From Escherichia phage RB43, in sequence record NC_007023.1: a stretch of 64,000 nt of DNA; one strand, 5' to 3'. The notes under the pieces were generated by a model. The model was not told where the DNA came from and did no database searches. It saw only the letters and a program-made list of their open reading frames with translations. The position numbers were made by a program, and so were the translations under genes. Each line of letters begins with the position of its first letter. The stretch's first letter is position 1. Shown here piece by piece: positions 1-9,585 of this stretch.

Positions 1-594
1 TTCAGTAAAATTATGGGGGCGTTAAGCCCTCGCCTTGTTACTTCCCTGTTTGGTGATAGCGTTTACGGACAACTGTTGACAGAATTCCGTGATAAAATGA
101 TGTACAATATGGGGTTGAGTATCGTCGGTGTTCAGTTGCCCGGTAAAACACTGGGATATGAATATGTTTATAACGGCGGTGTACCCCAGATCCGATTTAC
201 CCGACCGGAGAATGGAGAGCTATCTCTTACATTCCGTGTTGATTCAGAAGCACGTAACCTGAAAGTGTTTAACGAATGGATATCCGCTATTCGTGATGAC
301 ATTACAGGGCAGTTTGCTTTCATTGATGAAGTATCCAGCGCGATCCAGGTTAACTTACATAACCGTGATGGTGTTCCGCATAGCACATACATATTCCAGA
401 AGTGTTTACCTGTTAAGGTCAGCAGCCCTGAATTAAGCTATGAAACAAACAACGAAATCTGGACATTTACGGTTGACTTCGCATATAAAACTGCGTGGAT
501 CGTAGAAGCAGACAAAGAAGGTTGGGACGGATTCAAACAATCAATGATTGAAGGTGCAGCGGTTGCCCTTCGTGGTGTGGTATCAGGACAATAA
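1..594 (+). CDS. late structural protein, probably 5'-truncated at window edge (baseplate/tail-tube-associated; gp54/gp48-like is a guess)
   Basis: Frame open from nt 1; no RBS before ATG at 13; same strand and directly upstream of baseplate hub genes; hairpin terminator ~596-616. Confidence 0.35.
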   Translation, partial: FSKIMGALSPRLVTSLFGDSVYGQLLTEFRDKMMYNMGLSIVGVQLPGKTLGYEYVYNGGVPQIRFTRPENGELSLTFRVDSEARNLKVFNEWISAIRDDITGQFAFIDEVSSAIQVNLHNRDGVPHSTYIFQKCLPVKVSSPELSYETNNEIWTFTVDFAYKTAWIVEADKEGWDGFKQSMIEGAAVALRGVVSGQ

Positions 595-621
595 GGGGCG
601 TAAGCCCCTTTTGAGGTTAAT

Positions 622-1365
622 ATGATTGATGTAATTCGCGTCAAACTCCCTTGTGGGGTAAAACGTTTTCCGATGTTCACTGTACGCGATCAGTTGAGTT
701 TCTTGCTCACCAGCGCGGATATGGAAGGGAAAACATTAACAGAACAGCAGCAGATCCTTGATGAAATTTTAGATATTCTTTATCCGGGTTATTCAAAAAC
801 CGAACAGGAAAATATATTCACTAAGGTTTATTGTGTATCGTTTGGTAAGAACGTCATTAAGATCCGAATCAAAAACAAAGACAGTTACGCAGAAACATTC
901 ATGCAGGTCAAAGACTATGAATTGCAGAATGAATATGCTCTTGATGATTCTCTGACCCTGGGGTTCCGGTTCCCAAAACACAGAAAGAGCAGTGAAGAAT
1001 TGTTCCTTGAATGTATCCAGTATGTCAAGCAAAATGATACCCGTTATGAATGGGAATCACTCGACGAAGACACGAAGAATGCTATACTTGATTTGGTATC
1101 TATCACCGATATGGAAAACATTGTGAAGATGTTACGTAAATCCTGTCATGTTGTCGTTCGCGACCTTGAATTCAGTGATTTGCTTACCCTTTACAAGATC
1201 CTGTTTAACAAATCAGAATTGAATGAGTTCTTCAAGACAAACTATTTGTTAAATAAGAATGAAGTACATATTGAACCTATCATGAATGCAAGCCCGATGG
1301 AACGGTCAATTTACGTTGCAATACTGGCAGAAGATTTAAAACAGAGACAAAATACAAATGCGTAA
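622..1365 (+). CDS. 51: baseplate hub assembly protein, gp51-like (by size and synteny)
   Basis: 247 aa vs ~249 aa in T4; order 51-26-25 on one strand as I recall for T4; RBS GAGG before ATG. Confidence 0.45.
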   Translation: MIDVIRVKLPCGVKRFPMFTVRDQLSFLLTSADMEGKTLTEQQQILDEILDILYPGYSKTEQENIFTKVYCVSFGKNVIKIRIKNKDSYAETFMQVKDYELQNEYALDDSLTLGFRFPKHRKSSEELFLECIQYVKQNDTRYEWESLDEDTKNAILDLVSITDMENIVKMLRKSCHVVVRDLEFSDLLTLYKILFNKSELNEFFKTNYLLNKNEVHIEPIMNASPMERSIYVAILAEDLKQRQNTNA

Positions 1366-1915
1366 ACATACTCCAAAGCATATCCAAAAATATAATGTGA
1401 CTTATCGCCCGTTGACTATTGGTGATGTGAATGACACGGATAACTTCATTTTAGAAGGGAAGGTGTTTAAGCATCAACGCGATTATGTGTATCTTATGGC
1501 CTTGTTTGATTCAATCAATAAAGATACTGTCGACCTACAAATCAAGTGTCCTGATTGCGGTGAACTGATTAAGTTCACGTTAAACCGTCATCATATCATG
1601 ATTGACGAGTTCGAAGAAAAACTCTTCGGTAATGAAATTAAAATTGCGGTCAGCCCGTATGTTACCGGAAAAGAAGAATTACCGGATCTGATTAAGTTTG
1701 TTGTCATCGACGGCGAACAAATCTTATGGGAAGACTGCAAAGAGTCAGAAAAGGAAGCGGTGTTAGATAGCATCGACTATCCGGTCTTTAAATCGATAAA
1801 TACCGCGCTGGAATCCCCAGCAATGGTCGCAAACATTCCGGTCGGGTGTTCGTGTGGCTATAAACACATAGTCTCTCTGCGTGGCTTAGAGGCGTTTTTA
1901 AAGGTGGTTGGATAA
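1358..1915 (+). CDS. 26: baseplate hub subunit, gp26-like (by size and synteny); Cys-rich (CPDCG...GCSCG)
   Basis: 185 aa; overlaps upstream gene by 8 nt; sits directly before gp25. Confidence 0.45.
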   Translation: MRKHTPKHIQKYNVTYRPLTIGDVNDTDNFILEGKVFKHQRDYVYLMALFDSINKDTVDLQIKCPDCGELIKFTLNRHHIMIDEFEEKLFGNEIKIAVSPYVTGKEELPDLIKFVVIDGEQILWEDCKESEKEAVLDSIDYPVFKSINTALESPAMVANIPVGCSCGYKHIVSLRGLEAFLKVVG

Positions 1916-2308
1916 ATGGCTGTTAACCTTCGCTTACTATACAGCGATATCGATCCGAACCTTACGAAAGATTGGAATAAAGATGTTGCCGCCTCGAAAG
2001 GGGCGGCAGCAGTAAAGAACAGTCTGATCGGTATCGTTACTACCCAGAAAGGCACACGTCCTTTCGATAGCAATTTTGGATGTGAGATCGGGGAACAGAT
2101 ATTCGAAAACATGAACCCGCTAACAGCGGAATCAGTACGAACTTCGATTACCTCCGCAATACGAACCTACGAACCCCGCGTTTATAACCTTAATGTTGAA
2201 GTGATCCCGCAGTATGACGAAAACGCGATTACTGTTACGATTTACTACAGCATCATTGATGAACCGGAAGAAGTAGAAAAAATCAAACTCCAGCTTTCAT
2301 CCTCATAA
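1916..2308 (+). CDS. 25: baseplate wedge subunit gp25 (lysozyme-fold)
   Basis: 130 aa; LYSDIDPNLTKDWNKDV...GTRPFDSNFGCEIGEQIFENMNPLTAESV...IKLQLSSS matches the T4 gp25 sequence as I recall it. Confidence 0.85.
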   Translation: MAVNLRLLYSDIDPNLTKDWNKDVAASKGAAAVKNSLIGIVTTQKGTRPFDSNFGCEIGEQIFENMNPLTAESVRTSITSAIRTYEPRVYNLNVEVIPQYDENAITVTIYYSIIDEPEEVEKIKLQLSSS

Positions 2309-2310
2309 CA

Positions 2311-2337
2311 AAAAGCCCCTTTCGGGGCTTTTCTTAT
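2311..2337. terminator. bidirectional rho-independent terminator between convergent gp25 and early block
   Basis: aaaaagccccTTTCggggcttttc hairpin with flanking A/T runs. Confidence 0.6.
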
Positions 2338-2831
2338 TCCATCACGATCCAGCCCATTAGCTGTTGATATCGCAATTCGAACGGGGTGATGAAAGAGCGG
2401 TTATTGATAACCTTCGTCCCGTTGTAGGACTTAATCACTTCCTCACCACGAAGCACATATTCGTATACTTCGTCCATAGTGTCGTAACGCACTTCTTCGA
2501 CTTCGAAGCAGAAGTTGGAATACTCAATCATCCCAATCTTGTTCGCGTAACGGCGTTCGATACAACCCTGTTTTTCAACCAGAGTGATCGCAGTATCAAT
2601 GAACTGCGCAAGTGCTTGCATGAAATTACCACATTCGACTTCACGCCCCCCGCTTGAGATAGCCAGATAAACGCGGCTCAATCCATCATTGCCGATGTAA
2701 CCGATGCAATCACCACCAATGTTAACAGACCACACTTTGCCAATCGGCCCCATACCCATTCTGTTTTCACTGCGAGAAACACCTTTCAGTAACAGTGCCA
2801 TGATGCCGCCGCGAACGTAATTCATTTTCAT
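2334..2831 (-). CDS. hypothetical protein (165 aa)
   Basis: ORF with RBS; first gene of leftward block. Confidence 0.5.
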   Translation of the reverse strand: MKMNYVRGGIMALLLKGVSRSENRMGMGPIGKVWSVNIGGDCIGYIGNDGLSRVYLAISSGGREVECGNFMQALAQFIDTAITLVEKQGCIERRYANKIGMIEYSNFCFEVEEVRYDTMDEVYEYVLRGEEVIKSYNGTKVINNRSFITPFELRYQQLMGWIVME

Positions 2832-2841
2832 GATAAGCCCC

Positions 2842-3072
2842 TTATTTTTTCAGGTTGATTAACCAAGACGGTTGGGTTTCTAAACTAACCTCTTTCCAAG
2901 CATATGCAACACTATAACCGGAATACGTCTGACATACAACAGCATTTTCATTTAAATATTTCACTTTGTGATCTGCCTCTTGTTCATTCAGGGCAGCACA
3001 TACGATATTCTTTTCATACACTCCGCCGTTTGGCTGGATAATTGTTTCTTCAATCAGATAAACGCTGTTCAT
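2842..3072 (-). CDS. hypothetical protein (76 aa)
   Basis: ORF; overlapping stop/start (ATGA) with upstream gene. Confidence 0.45.
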   Translation of the reverse strand: MNSVYLIEETIIQPNGGVYEKNIVCAALNEQEADHKVKYLNENAVVCQTYSGYSVAYAWKEVSLETQPSWLINLKK

Positions 3073-3281
3073 GCTAATTCCTTCTCGATTGCTTCGATGA
3101 TGTGGAGAACATAACCATTCAATCTTTCGGCTTGTTCAGCGGCTTCGATCATACCGTAACGAGGAACTTCTAAAACGTCGAAACCTTCGATCGGGTTGCT
3201 TTCGATATCAACGATGATATAGCTTTCACCGATCACAGCACCTTTTCTCCAGTCTTTTACGAATTTCATTTTAGCGTTCAT
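3069..3281 (-). CDS. hypothetical protein (70 aa)
   Basis: ORF immediately downstream of promoter-hairpin element A. Confidence 0.45.
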   Translation of the reverse strand: MNAKMKFVKDWRKGAVIGESYIIVDIESNPIEGFDVLEVPRYGMIEAAEQAERLNGYVLHIIEAIEKELA

Positions 3282-3284
3282 TTT

Positions 3285-3360
3285 CTCGTTCCTTTTGTCT
3301 GTTCCGTTTCAACACCCCTAATATACAAAAACCCCTCGCGATATGCAAGGGGGTTTTCGA
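3285..3360 (-). promoter_or_regulatory. PeSL-like element A: sigma70-type early promoter (TTGCAT-17-TATATT) with GC hairpin in spacer
   Basis: minus-strand -35 at 3343-3348, -10 at 3320-3325; hairpin CCCCT...AGGGG; member of 6-copy repeat family. Confidence 0.55.
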
Positions 3361-4004
3361 TTAATTAAACTTATTGTACAGCATGAAGTTTACACCGATT
3401 GAACTTAGGGAGGTACAAGCTCGTTCCAGGTCGTCCGCTTCAATTTCGATAACGAATTTCGTTCGTATTAAAGCTGGCGCGACTTCTTCGACAGAAGGTG
3501 TAGTGACTTCTACGACAGGTTTATATACGTTCTTATCATGATCAGGAACATCATCGAGATACTTCAACATTTGATTGATGTATCGTTTATCTGAGTATAC
3601 AAACCGCTTCGCATTCGTCAGAAGAGAACGCATTTTAGAGCGGGTTGTAACTTTTGTACTTTCTTTGTATCCGCTACTTTCGGTGTTAAGAAAGTTTGGA
3701 TTGCTATCCAGCATAATGATAGACGCTAGATTGTTTTTGTGGAAGTATCCCACGAGTTCATTACGAGACTGAGAGAAACAAGCACATAAGCCTCTTCACC
3801 TACCAGATACATTTGTATATGTACTGGCGCTGTAAACATTTTGTTTATGATTTTATGGAATCGAGTGTTTTCCGATAAACTGCGTTGTCTTGTATAACTT
3901 TTGAAAATGTTATCTTTGACAATGGTCGCCATCGTTTCGATGTGGTTTAGCGATTTCCCAAGTAACGGGTTCAGAAAAACTTCTTTTTTCGGTACATAAG
4001 CCAT
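3361..4004 (-). CDS. hypothetical protein, apparently split by a frameshift (ORFs 3361-3753 and 3726-4004 overlap near an A5 run)
   Basis: Two overlapping same-strand ORFs, both frames open across the junction ~3740-3800. Confidence 0.3.
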
Positions 4005-4020
4005 ATTTCAAATTCTCTTT

Positions 4021-4311
4021 TTAGTGCATGAAAGATTTAACGTACTTCAATATTTCTTCACGACATGTGTCAACGCTTGTGTTTTCGGCAATCATAGCAT
4101 GACAAAGTATCTCACCGTCAAGCCAAAACGTCAGCATGTATTGAATATCACGACCTTCTGTTGCTTCCTGATGATACTTGATTTTCGCGAAAGCAGTTTC
4201 GATACTTTCGGTTACTGTCAACATTTCGGAATCACCATCTACAGCAGCCATTTCCCCAGCTTCTTCGCTGAATTCGCTTTCCAGTTCTTCCCAGTATACT
4301 ATCGTTATCAT
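4021..4311 (-). CDS. hypothetical acidic protein (96 aa)
   Basis: minus ORF preferred over mirror plus ORF 4024-4314 (Phe/Cys-rich, atypical). Confidence 0.4.
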   Translation of the reverse strand: MITIVYWEELESEFSEEAGEMAAVDGDSEMLTVTESIETAFAKIKYHQEATEGRDIQYMLTFWLDGEILCHAMIAENTSVDTCREEILKYVKSFMH

Positions 4312-4444
4312 TGATTACCCCAAACATACTTTACATTTGCATAAAGGGCATTCAGCCTCTTTGATGCGTAGACGTTTCGTTGTTGTCTTCTTCTCCGTAT
4401 TGTGATCATATACATGAAGACAACGGAAGCAGATCACCCAACGT

Positions 4445-4912
4445 TTATCCGTCATAACCGCCACCGCACTTAACCTCACCTTCAATGAACAGTTCGCGGT
4501 TGTCTCTCAAAAGATTGTATTTCTTTTCGAGTTCCGGCCCGAATGCGTCAGCGTCTTCATAATAGCTATAATTATAACAACCGCATTCATCATCCCATTC
4601 AGGTTCATCACCGCGTTCGTTGAAGTGTACGACTTTGAGATCGTCAACTCCAGACTCTTTCATTTTATCCCAGATATACCGGATGTCAACGCTATGGTAA
4701 CTGAATGCTTCAAGGGTGATGTTATCACCATCGATTTGAGGGATACCCCATTTAGGACGTTGGTCATCGGTGATGATATCAAGCAAAGATTCTACGTTTT
4801 CGTGTCCGTAAATCTTCGCGACCTCTTCCTCTTTACCAGGACGAACAAGCCCGATCCCGATAATAAAGCTACTGCTTGAACTGTTACTTACAAAACCAGA
4901 ACGGATCTTCAT
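4445..4912 (-). CDS. hypothetical protein with conserved N-terminal leader MKIRSGFVSNSSSSSF (paralog A)
   Basis: 155 aa; N-terminal 16 aa identical to gene 8362-8844 with synonymous nucleotide differences; acidic W/Y/C-rich C-terminus. Confidence 0.6.
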   Translation of the reverse strand: MKIRSGFVSNSSSSSFIIGIGLVRPGKEEEVAKIYGHENVESLLDIITDDQRPKWGIPQIDGDNITLEAFSYHSVDIRYIWDKMKESGVDDLKVVHFNERGDEPEWDDECGCYNYSYYEDADAFGPELEKKYNLLRDNRELFIEGEVKCGGGYDG

Positions 4913-5100
4913 CGTCTTGCCTCATATTTCGCGTTCTCCGCGATTTTTTCTTGATAGATGTTATATGACATTACCAGAGGCGCAATCGCCACGATAAGCC
5001 CTATAAAGCACACAGAGAACTCACGTTTATTGAAAGCCAGGAACGCAATTGCGCTCCCGACTACAAACACACCTAATGCCAGTAAGAAGAATAGCGTCAT
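4909..5100 (-). CDS. small membrane protein (2 predicted TM helices)
   Basis: 63 aa hydrophobic; ATGA overlap with downstream gene. Confidence 0.5.
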   Translation of the reverse strand: MTLFFLLALGVFVVGSAIAFLAFNKREFSVCFIGLIVAIAPLVMSYNIYQEKIAENAKYEARR

Positions 5101-5714
5101 TTCGGCAACGTGTCCATTTTGCGTGATTTTTCCAACAGGGTGTTGATTACCGTATCCATCGCCTGTTCTGTATCACCATCATGATAGATGATCGCGGTTT
5201 GATGCAAACCTTTCACCAGACGATTAATAATGTACGCCATTTCGGTCGGTAACAGTTTACCCGTTTCGTTGAATTTTTCAAACAGTTTGAACAGTTCTTC
5301 ATTATTCCCTTTCTTACTGAAATTGAAATCGTGCATACCAGACAGAAGACCATCCAGATACAGAACTGTTTTGTTATCAGAGCGGAGGTGTCCACCGATT
5401 TTGTAGTAGTTGCTGAAAACGTATGGCGCTTCACGAACATCATTGATTTCGAAACCAGCATCATCGATATTGCCTACGTGGGAGAAGAAATCCGCATCGT
5501 TATCGAACAGGTTGATCGCGCCTTTCTTGTACGGGAAGCCAGCCAGGTTAATGACTCCCTTTTCATACGCATCATCGTTATCAACGACAACGTATTCAGG
5601 AAGCATAGGGGCATACGGTTTGTTTTTGTCGTGGTTTTCGCGATACGCTAAAGGTTCAGCCAGATAGAGGATATCGCCTTGTTTGACTTCATCCCAAAAG
5701 ATATTACGTGACAT
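5097..5714 (-). CDS. hypothetical protein (~205 aa)
   Basis: Start moved to internal ATG 5712-5714 (RBS GAGGAA) because ORF-track N-terminus overlaps the vWA gene stop. Confidence 0.5.
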   Translation of the reverse strand: MSRNIFWDEVKQGDILYLAEPLAYRENHDKNKPYAPMLPEYVVVDNDDAYEKGVINLAGFPYKKGAINLFDNDADFFSHVGNIDDAGFEINDVREAPYVFSNYYKIGGHLRSDNKTVLYLDGLLSGMHDFNFSKKGNNEELFKLFEKFNETGKLLPTEMAYIINRLVKGLHQTAIIYHDGDTEQAMDTVINTLLEKSRKMDTLPK

Positions 5715-5754
5715 ATTAAATTCCTCAATATGCCCCCTTTCGGGGGCTATTTCA

Positions 5755-7974
5755 TTACAGTTTAACTTCTTTTTCTTCCAGAACGATTTCGCAATCGAAT
5801 GTTGCACCTTCCCAGAATTTATGCGGGATAATGTCAGTCGCTTTAACCGATACTTTGGTTTCTTCAAAATCCAGATCCGCAAACCAGGCGTGGCCTACAA
5901 CGATACCATACATTACACGGCTCAGGCGCTTGTTCAGTGCGCGTACTTCGTTGATGGTTGCCTTTGTTTCTTTATCAAGGTACTCGATTACCTTATCCTT
6001 GTCAAGCGCTGCGAGTTCAGCTTTAACAGAATCGTAAGCCCACAGGATGATCAGGTCGCCGTTGTTCAGTTTCTTCTTACCTTCGGCACGTTTCGCAACG
6101 GTTGCCGCTACAGCAGGAAGGGAGGAAACACCCTTGATTTTCAGATTCAGTTCTTTCGACATATAAACATCAGTCGAATCGGTACTGGTTACTTTCGGGG
6201 AGAATCCATAATCACGAATACCCTGTTCAGATAACCATTCACCAGCGGCTTCACCGTATTTCTGTTTCAGACCTTCGGCATTACGTAAACCGATCGCGTC
6301 GTCACGGAAGAACTTCATCACCTTCTGGCGACCTTTCAGGATTTCCAGACGGATAGAGTCGTTTACATACTCTTTACCGGAGATCCCGCGAGTCATCGCA
6401 CGGTTAACCAGGGGCAGACTGGTAAAGTCAACCAGTACCGACATGCGGTCTTCACCGATTTTTGCCAGCGGCTTGATAGTCAAACCAGAAGCGCGAAGGT
6501 TTTTCAGTGTCGGAATATCAGTTTCCAGCGGCAGAACCTTAACGTTTACGATACCGTCTTTAACGATGGTAAAGTTACGTACCTGCTTAGTTTCGATCTG
6601 TTCAGGCAGTTTCAGTTCTTTCTGTTTGCTTTCTGGGATAGTTACGTAACCCATCAGATCCGTGTTAATGGAAATGTTAGGACGTGAACTGTTACCGACC
6701 AGGTGCTTAACCGATACTTTGGTTGTAGTCTGGGTAAATTTCGGTGTCCAGATTTCATGCGTTACCATTTGCGCCGCAAGTGCTTTGCGTTCTTCCGGTG
6801 TTTTCGCGTTTGCAATCTGTTCAGACAGTTGATCCAGAGTATCATCTTCTTTCTGTACCGTCTGACGGCCTGTGCGGTTGTACGCCCAGTGTTCAGAGGA
6901 CAGGTCGATCACAGTGTCGGTTTCTGCCAGCAGTTCGAGAGCGTCAACCAGAGTGAACGCGTTTTCGTCTGGAACCATGTTGTAATCAACACCATCGAGC
7001 AGACGTTTAGCCGGATCAACTACCGCTTCCGCGATCAGGTCTTTCGCGTTGGAATAGTCCTGTTTGGTAAAGCAGTTATCATACGCCTTAATCAGACGAA
7101 CATCACCCAGCTTTTTCAGCACTTTCCATGCAAGGTCAGGGTTCATTGTGTGTAGCGCATGATACAGCACGACATACAGAACCTGTTCACCTTCCAGAGT
7201 AGCCGGATCGAAACCGTCGATGTCGTTGATTGCGTTATCACCCAGCGCCCAGATGTTTTTGATGTGCTCAGGAACCAGAACAACACCGTTTGCAGCGTTC
7301 AGGACATACACACGCCCTTCGTCCAGGTAGATAGCATGGGTTGCGTCAGCAACTTTAACTTCGACGCGAGCGGAGGTTTGCGCGGTGATGATTTCAGCAA
7401 ATGCTGGCTCGTATGCGTCGAAACCTTCAACGAATTTATGCAATGCGTTGGTTGCTTCTGCCATTTTTTCCAGCAGAGGACGGTTAACATAATAGCCGTA
7501 TTCCAGGAATGCAATGCTGTTAAACGTCAGCGGGAGAACCGCACACGCTTTCAGGATGTCATCGGTACGCCAGCAGTTATCATAACCATCAGTCAGGAAG
7601 ATCAGGCTGTTCAGGTTGCCGTTTTCGGATTGCAGGTCGGTTGCGATTTCAGCAGCCAGATTCAGTGGTTCAACAAAACCAGTACAACCAGTAGGTTTCA
7701 GATAACGGTCGATCGCGGTACAGATATTGGTCAGATCCGATACGTTGCTAACCTTCTCACCACGGAACACAGTACCGTAATCGCCTTTGCTGGAGAAGTA
7801 CAGGATCGAAACGGTGTCATCCTGTTTAACCAGACTCGCCAGGTTTGCTTTCAGGTGCTTACGGATCTTCGGCAGTTCGTTATACATTGAACCGGAAACG
7901 TCGCAAACGAAAACGTGGTTGGTCGGAGTCGGCTTAGATACTGCGTTTTTGAATTCGATATTTGTAATTGACAT
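5755..7974 (-). CDS. von Willebrand factor A (vWA) domain protein, 739 aa
   Basis: N-terminal MIDAS motif VFVCDVSGSM (DxSxS) and downstream IFLTDGYDN; long C-terminal region of unknown function. Confidence 0.8.
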   Translation of the reverse strand: MSITNIEFKNAVSKPTPTNHVFVCDVSGSMYNELPKIRKHLKANLASLVKQDDTVSILYFSSKGDYGTVFRGEKVSNVSDLTNICTAIDRYLKPTGCTGFVEPLNLAAEIATDLQSENGNLNSLIFLTDGYDNCWRTDDILKACAVLPLTFNSIAFLEYGYYVNRPLLEKMAEATNALHKFVEGFDAYEPAFAEIITAQTSARVEVKVADATHAIYLDEGRVYVLNAANGVVLVPEHIKNIWALGDNAINDIDGFDPATLEGEQVLYVVLYHALHTMNPDLAWKVLKKLGDVRLIKAYDNCFTKQDYSNAKDLIAEAVVDPAKRLLDGVDYNMVPDENAFTLVDALELLAETDTVIDLSSEHWAYNRTGRQTVQKEDDTLDQLSEQIANAKTPEERKALAAQMVTHEIWTPKFTQTTTKVSVKHLVGNSSRPNISINTDLMGYVTIPESKQKELKLPEQIETKQVRNFTIVKDGIVNVKVLPLETDIPTLKNLRASGLTIKPLAKIGEDRMSVLVDFTSLPLVNRAMTRGISGKEYVNDSIRLEILKGRQKVMKFFRDDAIGLRNAEGLKQKYGEAAGEWLSEQGIRDYGFSPKVTSTDSTDVYMSKELNLKIKGVSSLPAVAATVAKRAEGKKKLNNGDLIILWAYDSVKAELAALDKDKVIEYLDKETKATINEVRALNKRLSRVMYGIVVGHAWFADLDFEETKVSVKATDIIPHKFWEGATFDCEIVLEEKEVKL

Positions 7975-7984
7975 TTAGTTTTTC

Positions 7985-8221
7985 TCAGTATTTGGATTTG
8001 GTTGTTTTGTGTACATTTAAAATGCTTTGGATTTTTTCGGAAATCGTTTGCTGGTCTGGTTCACATCCCAACTTACCGCCAATCGCCTTGTAAAAATCTT
8101 CAACAGAGCTTACGTTGAAATCCGGCATATGGAAACCTAACGAGTACATATGCGGATTGTGGAATTCGTAAACATCCACATTGTATTCGTTAAGATCGAA
8201 ACGTTCAAGATATTTCTTCAA
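7985..8221 (-). CDS. hypothetical protein (78 aa)
   Basis: ORF in operon context. Confidence 0.45.
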   Translation of the reverse strand: MKKYLERFDLNEYNVDVYEFHNPHMYSLGFHMPDFNVSSVEDFYKAIGGKLGCEPDQQTISEKIQSILNVHKTTKSKY

Positions 8222-8361
8222 AGAAAATAAATCGAACGGTAATGGGAGGTGCTGTTCAATCGTTACAGGTTCCCCCAGCTTGTGCGCTTTCAGGGGTTGC
8301 CCCTTTCGCGTATGTCAGTTCTGTTTTCATCAGTGGTGACTCTTTTGATGTATATTCAAGG

Positions 8362-8844
8362 TTACGGAAAGATGTTTCCATGTTCCAGTTGGGTTCCAAT
8401 CGGGCCGCACTCGTCAGAGTACGTAAACTCGTAGATAAACACGCCGTTTTGATTCCCGTACTTCGTGTTGTATTCTTCATACAGCCACATCTTGATCAGA
8501 GCGTCTTTCTCTTCGGTTTCTAAATCGTACCAATCCCGACCATCATATGCAAGCGCAATTTGCGGATTTGAACGATAACGGGTTTCGGCGCTGTCTTCGG
8601 TTTCCCAATCATAACGCTTATCATCATAATACGATTCAAAGCTATTACCCATGTGACCGCCTAAGTCACGGTGAACGTGTTGAACAACTTCTTCGGATGT
8701 CAGCGGAGGATTATAATAACCGCAATTGGGAGAACAATCACCCATCATTTCGCGAAGGTTGTCGATATCAATCGGATCTTTCGGGAACCGGACGATAAAA
8801 CTACTTGATGAACTATTGCTCACAAAACCAGAACGAATTTTCAT
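8362..8844 (-). CDS. hypothetical protein with conserved N-terminal leader MKIRSGFVSNSSSSSF (paralog B)
   Basis: 160 aa; shares 16-aa N-terminus with 4445-4912. Confidence 0.6.
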   Translation of the reverse strand: MKIRSGFVSNSSSSSFIVRFPKDPIDIDNLREMMGDCSPNCGYYNPPLTSEEVVQHVHRDLGGHMGNSFESYYDDKRYDWETEDSAETRYRSNPQIALAYDGRDWYDLETEEKDALIKMWLYEEYNTKYGNQNGVFIYEFTYSDECGPIGTQLEHGNIFP

Positions 8845-9086
8845 TTTAACGCCTCGAATTTGATTTCTTTCAGTGATTGTGTGTGATTATAACAAACCAC
8901 TCCGCGATGTGTTTTCTTTCCGGTAAATCCGTCGAATATGGTGACATAATAATGATAGCAACAATCATCAAGAGGATTGTTTCTGATATAGTCTAACACA
9001 ACGTCCAACGATACGGTAGAGCATACGCAATCAGATTCATTGTCACGACCATCATAGAAATCTTTTTCAATACTATAAATTTTCAC
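8841..9086 (-). CDS. hypothetical Cys-rich protein (81 aa, GTG start)
   Basis: ORF; ATGA-type overlap with downstream gene. Confidence 0.4.
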   Translation of the reverse strand: MKIYSIEKDFYDGRDNESDCVCSTVSLDVVLDYIRNNPLDDCCYHYYVTIFDGFTGKKTHRGVVCYNHTQSLKEIKFEALK

Positions 9087-9352
9087 GATACTTGCCTCAT
9101 GTTAGACATAATTTCTTCAAAAGTCACGGGGAATTCTTTGGGTTCGCAATCGTCATCCCATTCTTCTCGATATCCGTTAATTTTGCTAACCGCGATCATC
9201 TTATCGTTTTTCCCATACAGTCACTTCAATACGATCACCAAGATAGGGAAAGCTGGGGTGCTTGTTGATTACATCAACACACGTTTGAAGAGATTCAGAT
9301 ACTTGAATTACTTCACCAAAATCATAATCGCCGTGACGCGACAGAACATAAA

Positions 9353-9544
9353 TCATAAAACCCTCGCCCACCAAATAATGTCAGTAATTACGTCATAGAT
9401 CATGAGAGGGAACACTGTAAGAGCAATACACAAAATAAACACAGTTGCCCACAACCCCAAAACTTTACGACCCGATAAAACACATCCAATAACAGCAATC
9501 ATTCCTACTACTGCAATGATCAACATAATGATAGATGCAACCAT
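9353..9544 (-). CDS. small membrane protein (63 aa)
   Basis: two hydrophobic helices. Confidence 0.45.
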   Translation of the reverse strand: MVASIIMLIIAVVGMIAVIGCVLSGRKVLGLWATVFILCIALTVFPLMIYDVITDIIWWARVL

Positions 9545-9585
9545 AATAAAACCCTCACGAAAAGCCCCTTTCGGGGCTTGATTAA

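Noticed and set aside
5683-6234. Plus-strand ORF 5683-6234 and minus ORF 5213-5464
   Set aside because: They overlap better-supported genes in other frames.
6703-7890. Plus-strand ORFs 6703-7155 and 7159-7890, antisense to the vWA gene
   Set aside because: They lie entirely inside the long minus-strand vWA ORF, have odd Cys/Phe/Arg-rich composition and no RBS.
9087-9352. Apparent gene-free gap with plus ORF 9099-9398
   Set aside because: The plus ORF opposes the operon direction; the gap more likely holds two short coupled minus-strand ORFs (about 47 and 38 aa) or a frameshifted gene, too uncertain to annotate.
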